The notes under the pieces: model-generated | The model's input: the letters and a program-made list of their open reading frames with translations, nothing else | Databases searched by the model: none | What the model was told of the DNA's origin: nothing | Shown here: piece by piece, positions 10,373 to 19,831 of the stretch | How positions within the stretch are numbered: the stretch's first letter is position 1 | Layout of the letters: each line of letters begins with the position of its first letter | Made by a program: the position numbers and the translations under genes | Assembly: GCA_026413865.1 (NCBI GenBank) | Contig: JAOAKB010000004.1 | Coordinates: 1,664 to 65,663 of the forward strand | Length of the DNA: 64,000 nucleotides | Reading direction: 5' to 3' | Origin: Nitrososphaeria archaeon | Lineage (GTDB): Archaea; Thermoproteota; Nitrososphaeria; JACIWG01

Positions 10373-10620
10373 CAGAAGCCACCTCAAACAAATTTCACAC
10401 TAATAATGGTGTATAATAAATTTTGAGCAACACATGATAATAATTCACTTAAAAATATTAAAAAAATCCTAAACTTTAAAGTAAGCTTATTACATAAAAA
10501 CTCAGAAAAAACAACTTCAAAAAAAACCATTTTCCCTCATTCACGCAATTTTAAGAGCGCATATTTAATCCTTTTTAACAAGAACTTGGAAAAAAAGGGG
10601 TTTTTAAGATGACCAAAATA

Positions 10621-10628
10621 CTTTTTAA
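10621..10628 (+). promoter_or_regulatory. TATA-like box (CTTTTTAA) about 27 nt upstream of the ATG at 10652
   Basis: Call rests on position and sequence only, in an AT-rich background. Confidence 0.3.
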
Positions 10629-10651
10629 CTAAAGCATATTCTCCTACTCAT

Positions 10652-10981
10652 ATGAGTCAAGAATATCCTGTTGAAGAATTCTGGAAATTTGATATAAGAG
10701 TAGGACATATTATAGAGGCTGAGAGAGTACAAGGTTCACAAAAACTGATAAAACTTACAGTAGACTTTGGGAAAGAGAAGAGGACAATTGTAACAGGAGT
10801 CGCTGACCAGCATGAACCTTCAGAGTTCAAAAACAAAAAAATGATTTTTGTACTAAATCTTAAACCTAAAAGGGTTTTTGGAGTAGAAAGTAAAGGTATG
10901 CTCCTTTTAGCTGAAGATGAAAATAAGCAGACTTATCTAGTTTCAGTAGAAGATGCACCTATAGGCTCACGTTTCTACTAA
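10652..10981 (+). CDS. tRNA-binding OB-fold protein (CsaA/Trbp111/EMAP-II-like)
   Basis: FDIRVGHIIEAERVQGSQKLIKLTVDFG...IVTGVA...KPKRVFGVESKGMLL matches the tRNA-binding-domain pattern. Confidence 0.75.
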   Translation: MSQEYPVEEFWKFDIRVGHIIEAERVQGSQKLIKLTVDFGKEKRTIVTGVADQHEPSEFKNKKMIFVLNLKPKRVFGVESKGMLLLAEDENKQTYLVSVEDAPIGSRFY

Positions 10982-11003
10982 AATGTCTATTTTAGGTGAG
11001 GAG

Positions 11004-11975
11004 ATGGTGGCTAAGCTCGTAGTAGGCATAGTTACAGCAGGAGGAGACGCTCCAGGAATGAATGCAGCAATAAGAGCTTGTGTAAGAAATCTTTTAGCTA
11101 AAGAAACCAAAGTTATAGGAGTTAAGAGAGGATACAAGGGTTTAATTGAAAAAGATTTTGAAACACTTACTTCAAGAAGCGTTAGTGGAATCATAAATTT
11201 AGGTGGAACAATATTAAAGACAGCAAGATGCGAAGAAATTCGTACAGAAGAAGGTTTAGAGAAGGCTGCAAGAAACTTAAATGAACTTTCATTAGACTAT
11301 TTAATAGTTATAGGAGGAGATGGTACATTCCGTGCTGCCAAAGAAATATCTAGAAAATCAGGTGTACATTGTATTGGTATTCCAGCATCTATAGATAATG
11401 ATATAGATGGAACCGAAGAGACAATAGGCTTCGACACTGCAGTCAACACAGCATTAGAGGCTATAGATAAGATAAGAGATACTGCAATTTCTCATGAAAG
11501 ATTTTTTATTGTAGAAGTTATGGGTAGGGGAAGCGGTTTTCTTGCAATAGCCGTCGGCCTAGCATCAGGTTCAGAATTCATTCTTATACCAGAGAAACCT
11601 CCTAATGTCGACAGCCTAATAGAAAGATATAAGGTGATGAAGTCCTTAGGGAAGACTTCAATGATCGCTGTTTTAGCTGAAGGCGCAATCGATGGCCTAA
11701 CATTAGTTAACATGCTAAAGAAAAGAATAGACGCTGAAGTCAGATTCTCGTCAATAGGCTATATACAACGTGGAGGCATACCTACTTTACGTTCAAGAAT
11801 ACTTGCAAACCTATTTAGCGCCAAAGCTGTTGAAATGATATTTGAGGGAAAAAAGGACCTTATGGTTGGAATAGTTGACAATAAAATAAGAACAAATGAA
11901 CTTACAGGAAAAAAGAGAACCATAGGCGAAGGAGAAATTTATATGCTTAACTTAGCAGAAAAGCTTGCAATATAA
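11004..11975 (+). CDS. pfkA: 6-phosphofructokinase, PfkA family (probably ATP-dependent)
   Basis: GIVTAGGDAPGMNAAIRA, IGGDGTF, PASIDNDIDGTEETIGFDTA, MGRGSG. The start at 11004 is preceded by GGTGAGGAG. The ORF-track alternative start is 10983. Confidence 0.85.
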   Translation: MVAKLVVGIVTAGGDAPGMNAAIRACVRNLLAKETKVIGVKRGYKGLIEKDFETLTSRSVSGIINLGGTILKTARCEEIRTEEGLEKAARNLNELSLDYLIVIGGDGTFRAAKEISRKSGVHCIGIPASIDNDIDGTEETIGFDTAVNTALEAIDKIRDTAISHERFFIVEVMGRGSGFLAIAVGLASGSEFILIPEKPPNVDSLIERYKVMKSLGKTSMIAVLAEGAIDGLTLVNMLKKRIDAEVRFSSIGYIQRGGIPTLRSRILANLFSAKAVEMIFEGKKDLMVGIVDNKIRTNELTGKKRTIGEGEIYMLNLAEKLAI

Positions 11976-12044
11976 TTAAAGAAAATTTTAAAATTTTGTT
12001 ATAAGTGTAATTAAAAATTTAATTTTTTAAAACGGAAACTTGGG

Positions 12045-13265
12045 CTATACTAGAGAAAGAATATGTTCTACTGAAGAGCCACTTTCAACAAGTGGAAAAT
12101 TTCCAAACATGCTTTTAATGTCCAAAACATCCTTTAATCCAGAACCAGTAACCACAGCAACAACTCTTTCAGAAGAATCTACTTTTCCACATTCAACCAA
12201 CTTTTTTAACCCAGCAATAGATGCAGCGGCACCAGGCTCTGAAAATACACCTTCCATTTTACCAAGCACCACCACAGCCTCAAGTATTTCTTCATCACTT
12301 ACATCAATGAATGTTCCATCAACTTCTTTTATGGCCTTTAGAACATCCCTCTTTTCTAAGGGACTCGAAACCTTTAGAGACTTGGCAACAGTTTGAGGAT
12401 TATCTATTGATGGTACATAATCTAATCCTTCTCTTACAGCTTTAACATATGGAGCTGAACCAGAAGCTTGAACACCAACAATCCTTGGAAACTTGTCAAC
12501 CTTTTTCATAATAGAAAGCTCTTTTATAGCCTTCCAAGTTCCAAGTACATGGCCACCACCGCCTGTAGGCACAATTATTACATCAGGTAAGGTATAATGC
12601 ATCTGTTCAAAGATTTCTAATAAAGTTGTTTTCCAACCCTCTAATGTGAAAGGTTTAAGGTCCCAGCTAGCTGATAAAATATTCTTTTTCCTCGAAAGTT
12701 CTATAGATAATCTTCTACATTCATCAAATATTCCTTTAACTTTTATAACTTTACCACCATAGGCTGCTATCATCACCATCTTTTCTTCAGGAGTATCTTC
12801 AGGAACCAGAACAATACATTTTATACCAGATAATGTGCATATTCTAGCTATTGCAGATGCAAAGTTTCCACTTGATGCAACATTCAACATTTTATAGCCC
12901 AAAACGTTTGCCGCAGACACGCCAATGACAGCACCTCTATCCTTAAACGAACCAGAGGCATTCCTTGTTTCATCCTTTATGTAAAGGTTTTCTAGCCCAA
13001 GAAACTTTCCAAGATTTTTTGCATGAACCAATGGTGTGTTTCCAACATTTACATCAATTATTTCCTTGGCTTCCAAAGGCATAATTGGAAGATATCTTAA
13101 TATGGGCTGAGTATAATCACTTAATGGAAAAACTTGAGGAAATTTGCTGTATTTTATCTGAAAAAGAGCGGAAGGGTAACCGCATCTTGGACAATCAACC
13201 CTAAAATCTTTAACATCCTTTTTATAGCCACAGGAAGGACATTCTAAAAAAATATCACTTCTCAA
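12045..13265 (-). CDS. Threonine synthase-like fold-type-II PLP enzyme with an N-terminal zinc ribbon
   Basis: CPSCGY...CPRCGY zinc ribbon and PLP-lysine block SGSFKDRG. The blocks ASSGNFAS (versus the usual STGNT) and LKPFTLEGWKT (versus NPxRxEGQKT) diverge from canonical ThrC. Confidence 0.7.
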   Translation of the reverse strand: MRSDIFLECPSCGYKKDVKDFRVDCPRCGYPSALFQIKYSKFPQVFPLSDYTQPILRYLPIMPLEAKEIIDVNVGNTPLVHAKNLGKFLGLENLYIKDETRNASGSFKDRGAVIGVSAANVLGYKMLNVASSGNFASAIARICTLSGIKCIVLVPEDTPEEKMVMIAAYGGKVIKVKGIFDECRRLSIELSRKKNILSASWDLKPFTLEGWKTTLLEIFEQMHYTLPDVIIVPTGGGGHVLGTWKAIKELSIMKKVDKFPRIVGVQASGSAPYVKAVREGLDYVPSIDNPQTVAKSLKVSSPLEKRDVLKAIKEVDGTFIDVSDEEILEAVVVLGKMEGVFSEPGAAASIAGLKKLVECGKVDSSERVVAVVTGSGLKDVLDIKSMFGNFPLVESGSSVEHILSLV

Positions 13266-13271
13266 AATAGC

Positions 13272-14417
13272 CTACCCTTTCCTAAAGCCAAGCTTTTTCA
13301 AAGTACCCTCTAAAGCTACCACAGTACGTTTTACAAAATCCATGTTTGCAGTATAACCCATGTGGCCAACTCTGATTATCTTTTCAGAAAGCTCGTCCAT
13401 TCCACCGGCAACCAAAATAGAATAGTCTTCTCTCATAACCTGCCTTATCTGCTTTCCTATCATACCTTCAGGCACTTTAAACGCTGTAACCGTTGGAGAA
13501 GCTATTGCTTCCTCTGGAAAGAGTTCTAGACCTATTTCCTTAATAAGTTTTCTCATCTCTAAAGCCACTTCTTCATGCTTTCTAAACCTATTCTCTAGTC
13601 CCTCCTCAACAATTATTTTAAGCGCCTCATTTAATGCTAAAATTAAATGCGTTGGAGGAATTACAGGAAAACTTCTCCTTCCACGCAAAAGCAGACCACC
13701 ACGCTCTTTTTTCACCCACATCTGTTTCCATCTCAACAAGTCTAGTGTGAAACTTTTTATGACAGGCCTTTTAAGAATCTTCTCCCAAGCATTTTGGCTG
13801 ACACTTACAATGGATACACCAGCCAAACCACCCAAAGCCTTTTGAGCGCCTGTAATACAGACGTCAACATTCCATTGGTCCACTGGAACGTTTGTACCGC
13901 CCATTGAAGAGATGGTGTCAACCATAAAGAGTTTATCCAATTTTTTTGCTAAACGTCCAAGCTCTTCAACCTCCTTACTGTATATTGCCGCAGTAGAAGT
14001 TTCATTATGAACCATCGCTATGGCTTTAATATTCTTATCATCTTCCAAAACTCTTCTAACATATTCTAAATCTATAAACCCACCTTTGGGAAAGGATAAT
14101 GTAAGAACATCAGCACCATAAACCCTTAAAATTTCAATAAACCAGTTTCCAAAAGTTCCACACGTGATAGCTAAAACCTTTTCACCCCTATCTATAAAAG
14201 ACAGGGAAGCACATTCTATACCAGTACGTCCAGAACCAGGCAACATTATAATATCATTTTCTGTCTGAAAAACAGTCCTAAGAAGATCCTCTGTTTCATC
14301 ATATAATGAGATAAAATCTTGGTCATAGTGATAGATAGAAGGCCTAATCATTGCCTTAATAACTCGTGGGTCGACTTCAGTCGGACCCGGCGTCATTAAA
14401 AGCAGTTTTTCATCCAT
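13272..14417 (-). CDS. Class V aminotransferase (serine-pyruvate / alanine-glyoxylate / archaeal phosphoserine aminotransferase family)
   Basis: LMTPGPTEV N-terminus, HNETSTA, and AQKALGG as the PLP-lysine region. Confidence 0.8.
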   Translation of the reverse strand: MDEKLLLMTPGPTEVDPRVIKAMIRPSIYHYDQDFISLYDETEDLLRTVFQTENDIIMLPGSGRTGIECASLSFIDRGEKVLAITCGTFGNWFIEILRVYGADVLTLSFPKGGFIDLEYVRRVLEDDKNIKAIAMVHNETSTAAIYSKEVEELGRLAKKLDKLFMVDTISSMGGTNVPVDQWNVDVCITGAQKALGGLAGVSIVSVSQNAWEKILKRPVIKSFTLDLLRWKQMWVKKERGGLLLRGRRSFPVIPPTHLILALNEALKIIVEEGLENRFRKHEEVALEMRKLIKEIGLELFPEEAIASPTVTAFKVPEGMIGKQIRQVMREDYSILVAGGMDELSEKIIRVGHMGYTANMDFVKRTVVALEGTLKKLGFRKG

Positions 14418-14475
14418 ATACTTGGGGTTTAGCAGAAACTATATAACATTTATTGCAACCTTTTCATTAGAAAAA

Positions 14476-16026
14476 TTAAACCCTATACTTTCTAAGCTTT
14501 GAGAAAATATCCTTAAGCCTAGAATATGAGTCCCTATAAATTTGATAAATTTCATCATAAATTTTTTCAAGCATTCTATCAGAAACTTCTTTACCAACAG
14601 ACTTAACGATCACAGCCCTCGCCTGCCTAAAATCTTTAAAAAATCCAATAGATTTTAGAAAAAGCATAACGTTACCTAAAGCGGCACAATCAATAGGATT
14701 CTCTAAAAGTAAACCATCAAACTTAAGATTCGATACAATAATCTTCCTTAAAAGCCTATTCTCTGCACCACCACCACAAAAAGCCAAATAGTCTATTCTA
14801 ATACCCATATCCTTAACATAAACTTCATAATTTTCTCTAAGTGCAAACCCAATACCTTCTAAAACAGATCTATATATGTGCTCTATACCGTGATTTATGT
14901 CCAAACCTATAAAAGCAGCCCTAGCTGAAGGATCCATAAGAGGACATCTTTCCCCAATTATGTAAGGAAGATATATTAAGCCACCAGAACCAGGTGGAAT
15001 ACTAGCACATTTTTCATTCAAAAAATCAATCGGATTCGAAACATTCTTTATTCCCAAATTATTAGAAAAATTATCTAAAAACCAGCCTACAGAATATCCA
15101 GATAATGTCGTTGCTGAAGAATACCATTGACTTTTAAGTACATGACATCTTACTGGAACCCTGCATTTAGGGTCCAGCCTCAATTCCTCTAAAGTTAAAT
15201 CGACTTCAGGCGCTGTACCAATATATATGTCTCCAGTGGCATCAGATATTGCACCAGCACCATATAATGTTGCAGCACAATCACCGGCACCGACAGTAAT
15301 TGGAACACGCTTGATTCCAAGCTCTTCTGCAATATCCCTTCTCAAATCTCCAACGATTTCCGTCGACTCCTTAACGTTAACCATTTTATCAGATGCAATA
15401 CCAGTTTCTTCAAGAACATCGTCTATCCATTCCTTTTTCCTAATATCATAGGCCATTGTCGCAGAAGCATCACTATAATCTGTGAAAGGCTCACTTTCAT
15501 CAATAAGGTTTTCTACAACAAAATCCTTGTGAAAGATAAACTTTCTAGTCCTTTCATACACTTTATTCATGTTTCTTTTAATCCACATCATCTTTAATAA
15601 AGTTGGAACAGGAGTTAGAGGATTACCTGTCCTCTCATACAAGAAAGATTCGCCAAACCTTTCCCTAACAAACTCAGTTTCATCCAAAGCCCTCATGTCA
15701 GAGTACATTGGAACCCTATCAACAGACGATACACCCCATCTTTCAATTGGAACAAGGGTGCCGACTGTTGCATCAACACAAAGACCAGCAACATCCTTCC
15801 TCAAATCACTATTCTTACACAAGATCTTAAGACATTTTATAGAGGCAGCAAGCCAGTCGGATGGATTCTGTTCGACGACATTACCTGGGCCAAAATAGGT
15901 CTTATAGCCTACCTTTGCAGAAGAAAGAATCTTTCCCTCCGAGCTAATCATATAACCTTTACATCCACTAGTTCCAAGATCCAAAGATAATATTATCAAG
16001 CGATTAAAGTATGTAGGTAAAAGCAT
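14476..16026 (-). CDS. FGGY-family carbohydrate kinase
   Basis: LSLDLGTSGCKG N-terminal phosphate-1 motif, C-terminal GGGAENRLL motif, about 515 aa. I prefer the ATG at 16026; the ORF-track TTG is at 16041. Confidence 0.8.
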   Translation of the reverse strand: MLLPTYFNRLIILSLDLGTSGCKGYMISSEGKILSSAKVGYKTYFGPGNVVEQNPSDWLAASIKCLKILCKNSDLRKDVAGLCVDATVGTLVPIERWGVSSVDRVPMYSDMRALDETEFVRERFGESFLYERTGNPLTPVPTLLKMMWIKRNMNKVYERTRKFIFHKDFVVENLIDESEPFTDYSDASATMAYDIRKKEWIDDVLEETGIASDKMVNVKESTEIVGDLRRDIAEELGIKRVPITVGAGDCAATLYGAGAISDATGDIYIGTAPEVDLTLEELRLDPKCRVPVRCHVLKSQWYSSATTLSGYSVGWFLDNFSNNLGIKNVSNPIDFLNEKCASIPPGSGGLIYLPYIIGERCPLMDPSARAAFIGLDINHGIEHIYRSVLEGIGFALRENYEVYVKDMGIRIDYLAFCGGGAENRLLRKIIVSNLKFDGLLLENPIDCAALGNVMLFLKSIGFFKDFRQARAVIVKSVGKEVSDRMLEKIYDEIYQIYRDSYSRLKDIFSKLRKYRV

Positions 16027-16145
16027 TATATATTTTACCAAAATAAAAAATTGTTATACATTAACCAGACTAGTATATTTTGAGAAAAATTAAAGATAAG
16101 AAGGATAAATTTTTAAAAACTTATATAATTTGGAAACAAACTAAG

Positions 16146-17330
16146 ATGGCAATGAGAAAAACATTATATATACCAGGACCAAGTGAAGTTGAACCTGAAA
16201 CATTACTTGAACTTGCAAAACCAGTTATAGCACATTACGGCCCAGACTGGCATCAACTCTATAATGAGACATGTGAGGTTGCTAAAAAAATTTTTAGCAC
16301 AAACGAGTATGTCACACTTTTACCATTACCTGGAAGCGTATGCTTGGAAATGTCAGCCTTCAACCTAATAGAAAAAGATGGAGAAAAGTTTGTTGCAATA
16401 ACAAATGGATTCTTTGGAGACAATATCGTTGAAATGCTTTCAGCACATGGAGCAAAAGTTTTAAAAGTTGAAAGCGAGTGGGGAAAAAATGTTGACCTAA
16501 AAAAATTAGAAGAAGTTCTTGACGAAAACCCTGAAACAAAGGCAGTATATTTAGTTCATAACGAAACTTCAACCGGAGTTTTAAATGACTTGAAAAAGGT
16601 TGCAGAAGTTGTTAAAAAAAGAGACAAAATTCTTGTTGTCGACGCAATTTCATCATATGGTGGAGTAGAACTTGATTTTGATCGTCTTGGAATAGATTTT
16701 GCTGTAGGATACGCGAGCAAGTGCTTAAGTGGAATAAACGGTATATGTCCAGTTGCTATAAGCAAAAGATTTATTGAGGAAGTGGGAAAACGTAAGACTC
16801 CAGTAAAAAGCCACTACTTTAATCTAACAACATATATGAGACTTTCAGAAGAATGGGCAAGTATAGGCCACCCGCATCCAACATCAATGCCAACACCTGT
16901 AGTAAGGGCATTTTATCATGTCGCCAAAAAAGCATTAGAGGAAGGACTAGAGATAAGGTATCGAAGGCATGCTGATGTTGCAAAAGCTTACAGAAAGGCT
17001 ATTAGAGCTCTTGGACTAAACATTTTACCCAAAGAAGAAGACGCATCACCGACAGTCACAACGTTTATTGTCCCAGAAAAAGTAAATGGAAAAATTCGGT
17101 CAACACTATATAAGAACTTTGGTTACATGATAAGTGGAGGCCTAGGAAAACTTGAGAATATAACTTTAAGAATAGGGCACATGGGTTACACAGCTAATCC
17201 AGAATTTCTAATAAAACTTGTCACAGCACTTGAGACAGTATTAAAACGTTTGGAGGTAATCAACCGTAACTTAAATATTACAGACGAACTTGCTGATATA
17301 TGGGAGAGCCTACGACAATATATAATATGA
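16146..17330 (+). CDS. Class V aminotransferase (second paralog, divergently transcribed)
   Basis: LYIPGPSEV, HNETSTG, YASKCLSG. ATG at 16146 (MAMRKTLY). TATA-like ttatataa lies at 16121-16128. Confidence 0.8.
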   Translation: MAMRKTLYIPGPSEVEPETLLELAKPVIAHYGPDWHQLYNETCEVAKKIFSTNEYVTLLPLPGSVCLEMSAFNLIEKDGEKFVAITNGFFGDNIVEMLSAHGAKVLKVESEWGKNVDLKKLEEVLDENPETKAVYLVHNETSTGVLNDLKKVAEVVKKRDKILVVDAISSYGGVELDFDRLGIDFAVGYASKCLSGINGICPVAISKRFIEEVGKRKTPVKSHYFNLTTYMRLSEEWASIGHPHPTSMPTPVVRAFYHVAKKALEEGLEIRYRRHADVAKAYRKAIRALGLNILPKEEDASPTVTTFIVPEKVNGKIRSTLYKNFGYMISGGLGKLENITLRIGHMGYTANPEFLIKLVTALETVLKRLEVINRNLNITDELADIWESLRQYII

Positions 17331-17406
17331 TTACAGGCAAACAGCTAATAAAAGGATAATGTTTTTATTTATATTTTTAGAAGGTAGGATTCGTTTGATG
17401 ATGTGA

Positions 17407-17652
17407 ATGTCCACCCAACCTAAAAAACCATTAAATGTGCTCCAAAAGATGCTTGACAAGGAAGTTTTCGTGAGACTAAAGAGCAACGTAGAATATCATG
17501 GCAGAATGATAAACGTAGACATTTACATGAACATGATACTAGATGATACAAAAGAATTTTACAATGGACAGCAGACTGCAAGCTATGGCACTGTCATAAT
17601 AAGAGGAAACAACGTCCTTTTTGTAGGATTAAAGAATAGTACAAATGTTTAG
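17407..17652 (+). CDS. Sm-like (LSm) archaeal RNA-binding protein
   Basis: Sm1 (VFVRLKSNVEYHGRMINVDIYMNMILDD) and Sm2 (VIIRGNNVLFV) motifs. Confidence 0.85.
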   Translation: MSTQPKKPLNVLQKMLDKEVFVRLKSNVEYHGRMINVDIYMNMILDDTKEFYNGQQTASYGTVIIRGNNVLFVGLKNSTNV

Positions 17653-17666
17653 AGAGGAGATAGAAG

Positions 17667-18872
17667 ATGGCAGTAAAACAATTTATTCACACAGAAGTAC
17701 TTTCAGGTAAACCTGTAGCAAAACAGGAAGTTGAAATTGTAGAAAGAAAAGGTTTAGGACATCCGGATACACTTATAGATGGAATATGCGAATCAGTTTC
17801 ACTTGCACTCTGTGACTACTATGAGAAACAGTTTGGGAGAATATTACATCATAATGTTGACAAAGGACTTCTAGTCGGAGGAGAATCTCGGCCAAAATTT
17901 GGTGGAGGAAAGGTTGTTAAACCAATACAGATTATAGTTGCTGGAAGAGCAGTCTCAAGATATATAAAGGATGGAACAAGGTATGAGATACCAGTAGAAG
18001 TTATTGCGAAAAAGGCAGCCAAAGACTATATTCGAAAGACAATAAGAAACTTAAATGTTGAAGAACACGTAAGATTAAGTTTTAAAATTAGAAACCCTTC
18101 AAGTGACCTAAGCTATCTTTCGGAAAAAGGAATAGCAAACGATACATCCATAGGAGTAGGATTTGCACCATTTACTGAGACAGAAAAGATTGCCTTAGGC
18201 ATAGAAAATTTTCTAAACGACGCAGGAACAAAGAAAAAATATCCGGAAATCGGTGAAGACATAAAGGTTATGGCTATGAGAAGAAGAGATGAGCTTGATG
18301 TTACAGTCGCGATGGCCATGGTGGACAAGTACATTCCAGACAAAGACCATTATATTAGCGTAATACAAGAAGTAAGGGAAAAATTATTAAACAATTTTAC
18401 TACAAGCAATCTAAGCCTTTCGATCAAAATAAACAGTGCAGATGACTATGAAAACAATAGCTTCTATCTAACAGTAACAGGAACGTCAGCTGAATCAGGT
18501 GATGATGGGAACACAGGAAGAGGAAATCGTGTAACAGGATTAATTACGCCTATGAGAATGTATTCTATGGAGGCTACTGCTGGAAAGAACCCGACTATAC
18601 ACACGGGCAAAATATACAATGCACTAGCACAGATTATTGCACAAAAGATTTCTGAAGAAATCAAGGGTGTTGAAGAAGTGTATGTGAGGATTCTAAGTAG
18701 GATTGGGAATCCGCTCACTGAACCAACGATCGCAAGTGTTGCATTACGTCTACAAGAAAATGTGTTATATAATAGTGTAAAAAGTGATATAGAAAATATA
18801 GTTTCAGAAGAACTTTCTAATGTACGAAATATAACATCAATAATTCGAGAGAGAAGGGTACCACTATTCTAA
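17667..18872 (+). CDS. mat: S-adenosylmethionine synthetase, archaeal type
   Basis: 401 aa. VERKGLGHPDTLIDGICE and TGTSAESGDDGNTGRGNR are characteristic of archaeal MAT. Confidence 0.9.
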   Translation: MAVKQFIHTEVLSGKPVAKQEVEIVERKGLGHPDTLIDGICESVSLALCDYYEKQFGRILHHNVDKGLLVGGESRPKFGGGKVVKPIQIIVAGRAVSRYIKDGTRYEIPVEVIAKKAAKDYIRKTIRNLNVEEHVRLSFKIRNPSSDLSYLSEKGIANDTSIGVGFAPFTETEKIALGIENFLNDAGTKKKYPEIGEDIKVMAMRRRDELDVTVAMAMVDKYIPDKDHYISVIQEVREKLLNNFTTSNLSLSIKINSADDYENNSFYLTVTGTSAESGDDGNTGRGNRVTGLITPMRMYSMEATAGKNPTIHTGKIYNALAQIIAQKISEEIKGVEEVYVRILSRIGNPLTEPTIASVALRLQENVLYNSVKSDIENIVSEELSNVRNITSIIRERRVPLF

Positions 18873-19756
18873 AACCTACTATAAGGCACCGTAACAAACT
18901 TGTACGCTTTGTCAAAAGGATAGTCTACACCGAACTTTTTTCTAAAAAACTTAAGAATATTGTTAATGTCTCTTGAAAGAAGAAATTGGCTGTTTGGAGA
19001 ATTTGCATCAACAGCCTGAGGCCAATCAATAACATAATATTTTTTCCCGTCATATAATATATTAAATTCACTTAAATCACCATTTATTATTGAAGCCTTA
19101 ACATAAGCCTTCTTTAAAGTAAAAAAAATCTCCTTTAACCCATTCAAAGGTGATTCAAGAAAATTAACTTTATTCAACATTGTTCCCTCAATTTTCTCCA
19201 TCAAAACAGCATGCCTCTCCCTTGCAAAAAATTTTGGAACCATACCACAAACAGAATAAACTTTAGAAAGAGCCCAAGCCTCCCTTTTAGCCGCATTAAT
19301 GCATGCCTTAAGCCAAACAGAACTTTCTTCAGCCAACATTATCCTCCTTTTCCTTCGAACATTTCTAAAACTAGTTCGACCTATCCTATAAAATTTCAAA
19401 ACATACATGTGGCCCCTATCATCCAACACATCAAAGACATCAGCCTCCTTTCCTACTCCAACATTGCCACCAAAAGAAGAAATAAAGCCCCTTTGAACAA
19501 GCGCATTCAATGCTATTGCATCAAGGCCACTAGAAACAAGATAATAGCCAGATTCGCCTTTAGCAACCAAACCCATTTCTCTAAGCCGTCCAAGGCGATA
19601 TGCGACTTCATCCTCATGCAAACCAGTTACCTTTTCAATATAATCTGCTTTAACCTGCTCAAAACTGTTTAAAGCCTTCTCTAGAGCATAAAGCACCCTA
19701 TAGTCTCTAGCTTCAAGTAAACGGACAAGGTTTGCTGCCACTTCAGCCGTAGACAT
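18869..19756 (-). CDS. rio2: RIO-type serine kinase Rio2 (N-terminal winged helix plus RIO domain)
   Basis: N-terminal wHTH (RVLYALEK...LVAKGESGYYL), VGKEADVF, LKFYRIGRTSF, and the catalytic region NGDLSEFNIL. Confidence 0.85.
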   Translation of the reverse strand: MSTAEVAANLVRLLEARDYRVLYALEKALNSFEQVKADYIEKVTGLHEDEVAYRLGRLREMGLVAKGESGYYLVSSGLDAIALNALVQRGFISSFGGNVGVGKEADVFDVLDDRGHMYVLKFYRIGRTSFRNVRRKRRIMLAEESSVWLKACINAAKREAWALSKVYSVCGMVPKFFARERHAVLMEKIEGTMLNKVNFLESPLNGLKEIFFTLKKAYVKASIINGDLSEFNILYDGKKYYVIDWPQAVDANSPNSQFLLSRDINNILKFFRKKFGVDYPFDKAYKFVTVPYSRF

Positions 19757-19831
19757 AAATAAAATTTAGAAAGAAATATGTAAAAAATATTTCGGTTAAG
19801 TTTAAATCCATTAAAAACAAAATATTAAAAG

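Noticed and set aside
12040-12396. 118-aa plus-strand ORF lying inside the ThrC-like gene.
   Set aside because: It is an antisense shadow of a well-supported minus-strand PLP enzyme. The composition is low-complexity and Ser/Thr-rich, with no recognisable motif.
17396-17406. TGATGATGTGA immediately upstream of the Sm-protein ATG, which resembles a C-box or k-turn motif.
   Set aside because: It directly abuts the start codon with no downstream D box. It is more likely part of the 5' UTR or a ribosome-binding context.
19211-19672. 153-aa plus-strand ORF inside the Rio2 kinase gene.
   Set aside because: It is an antisense shadow with biased composition and no motifs. The Rio2 reading on the minus strand is unambiguous.
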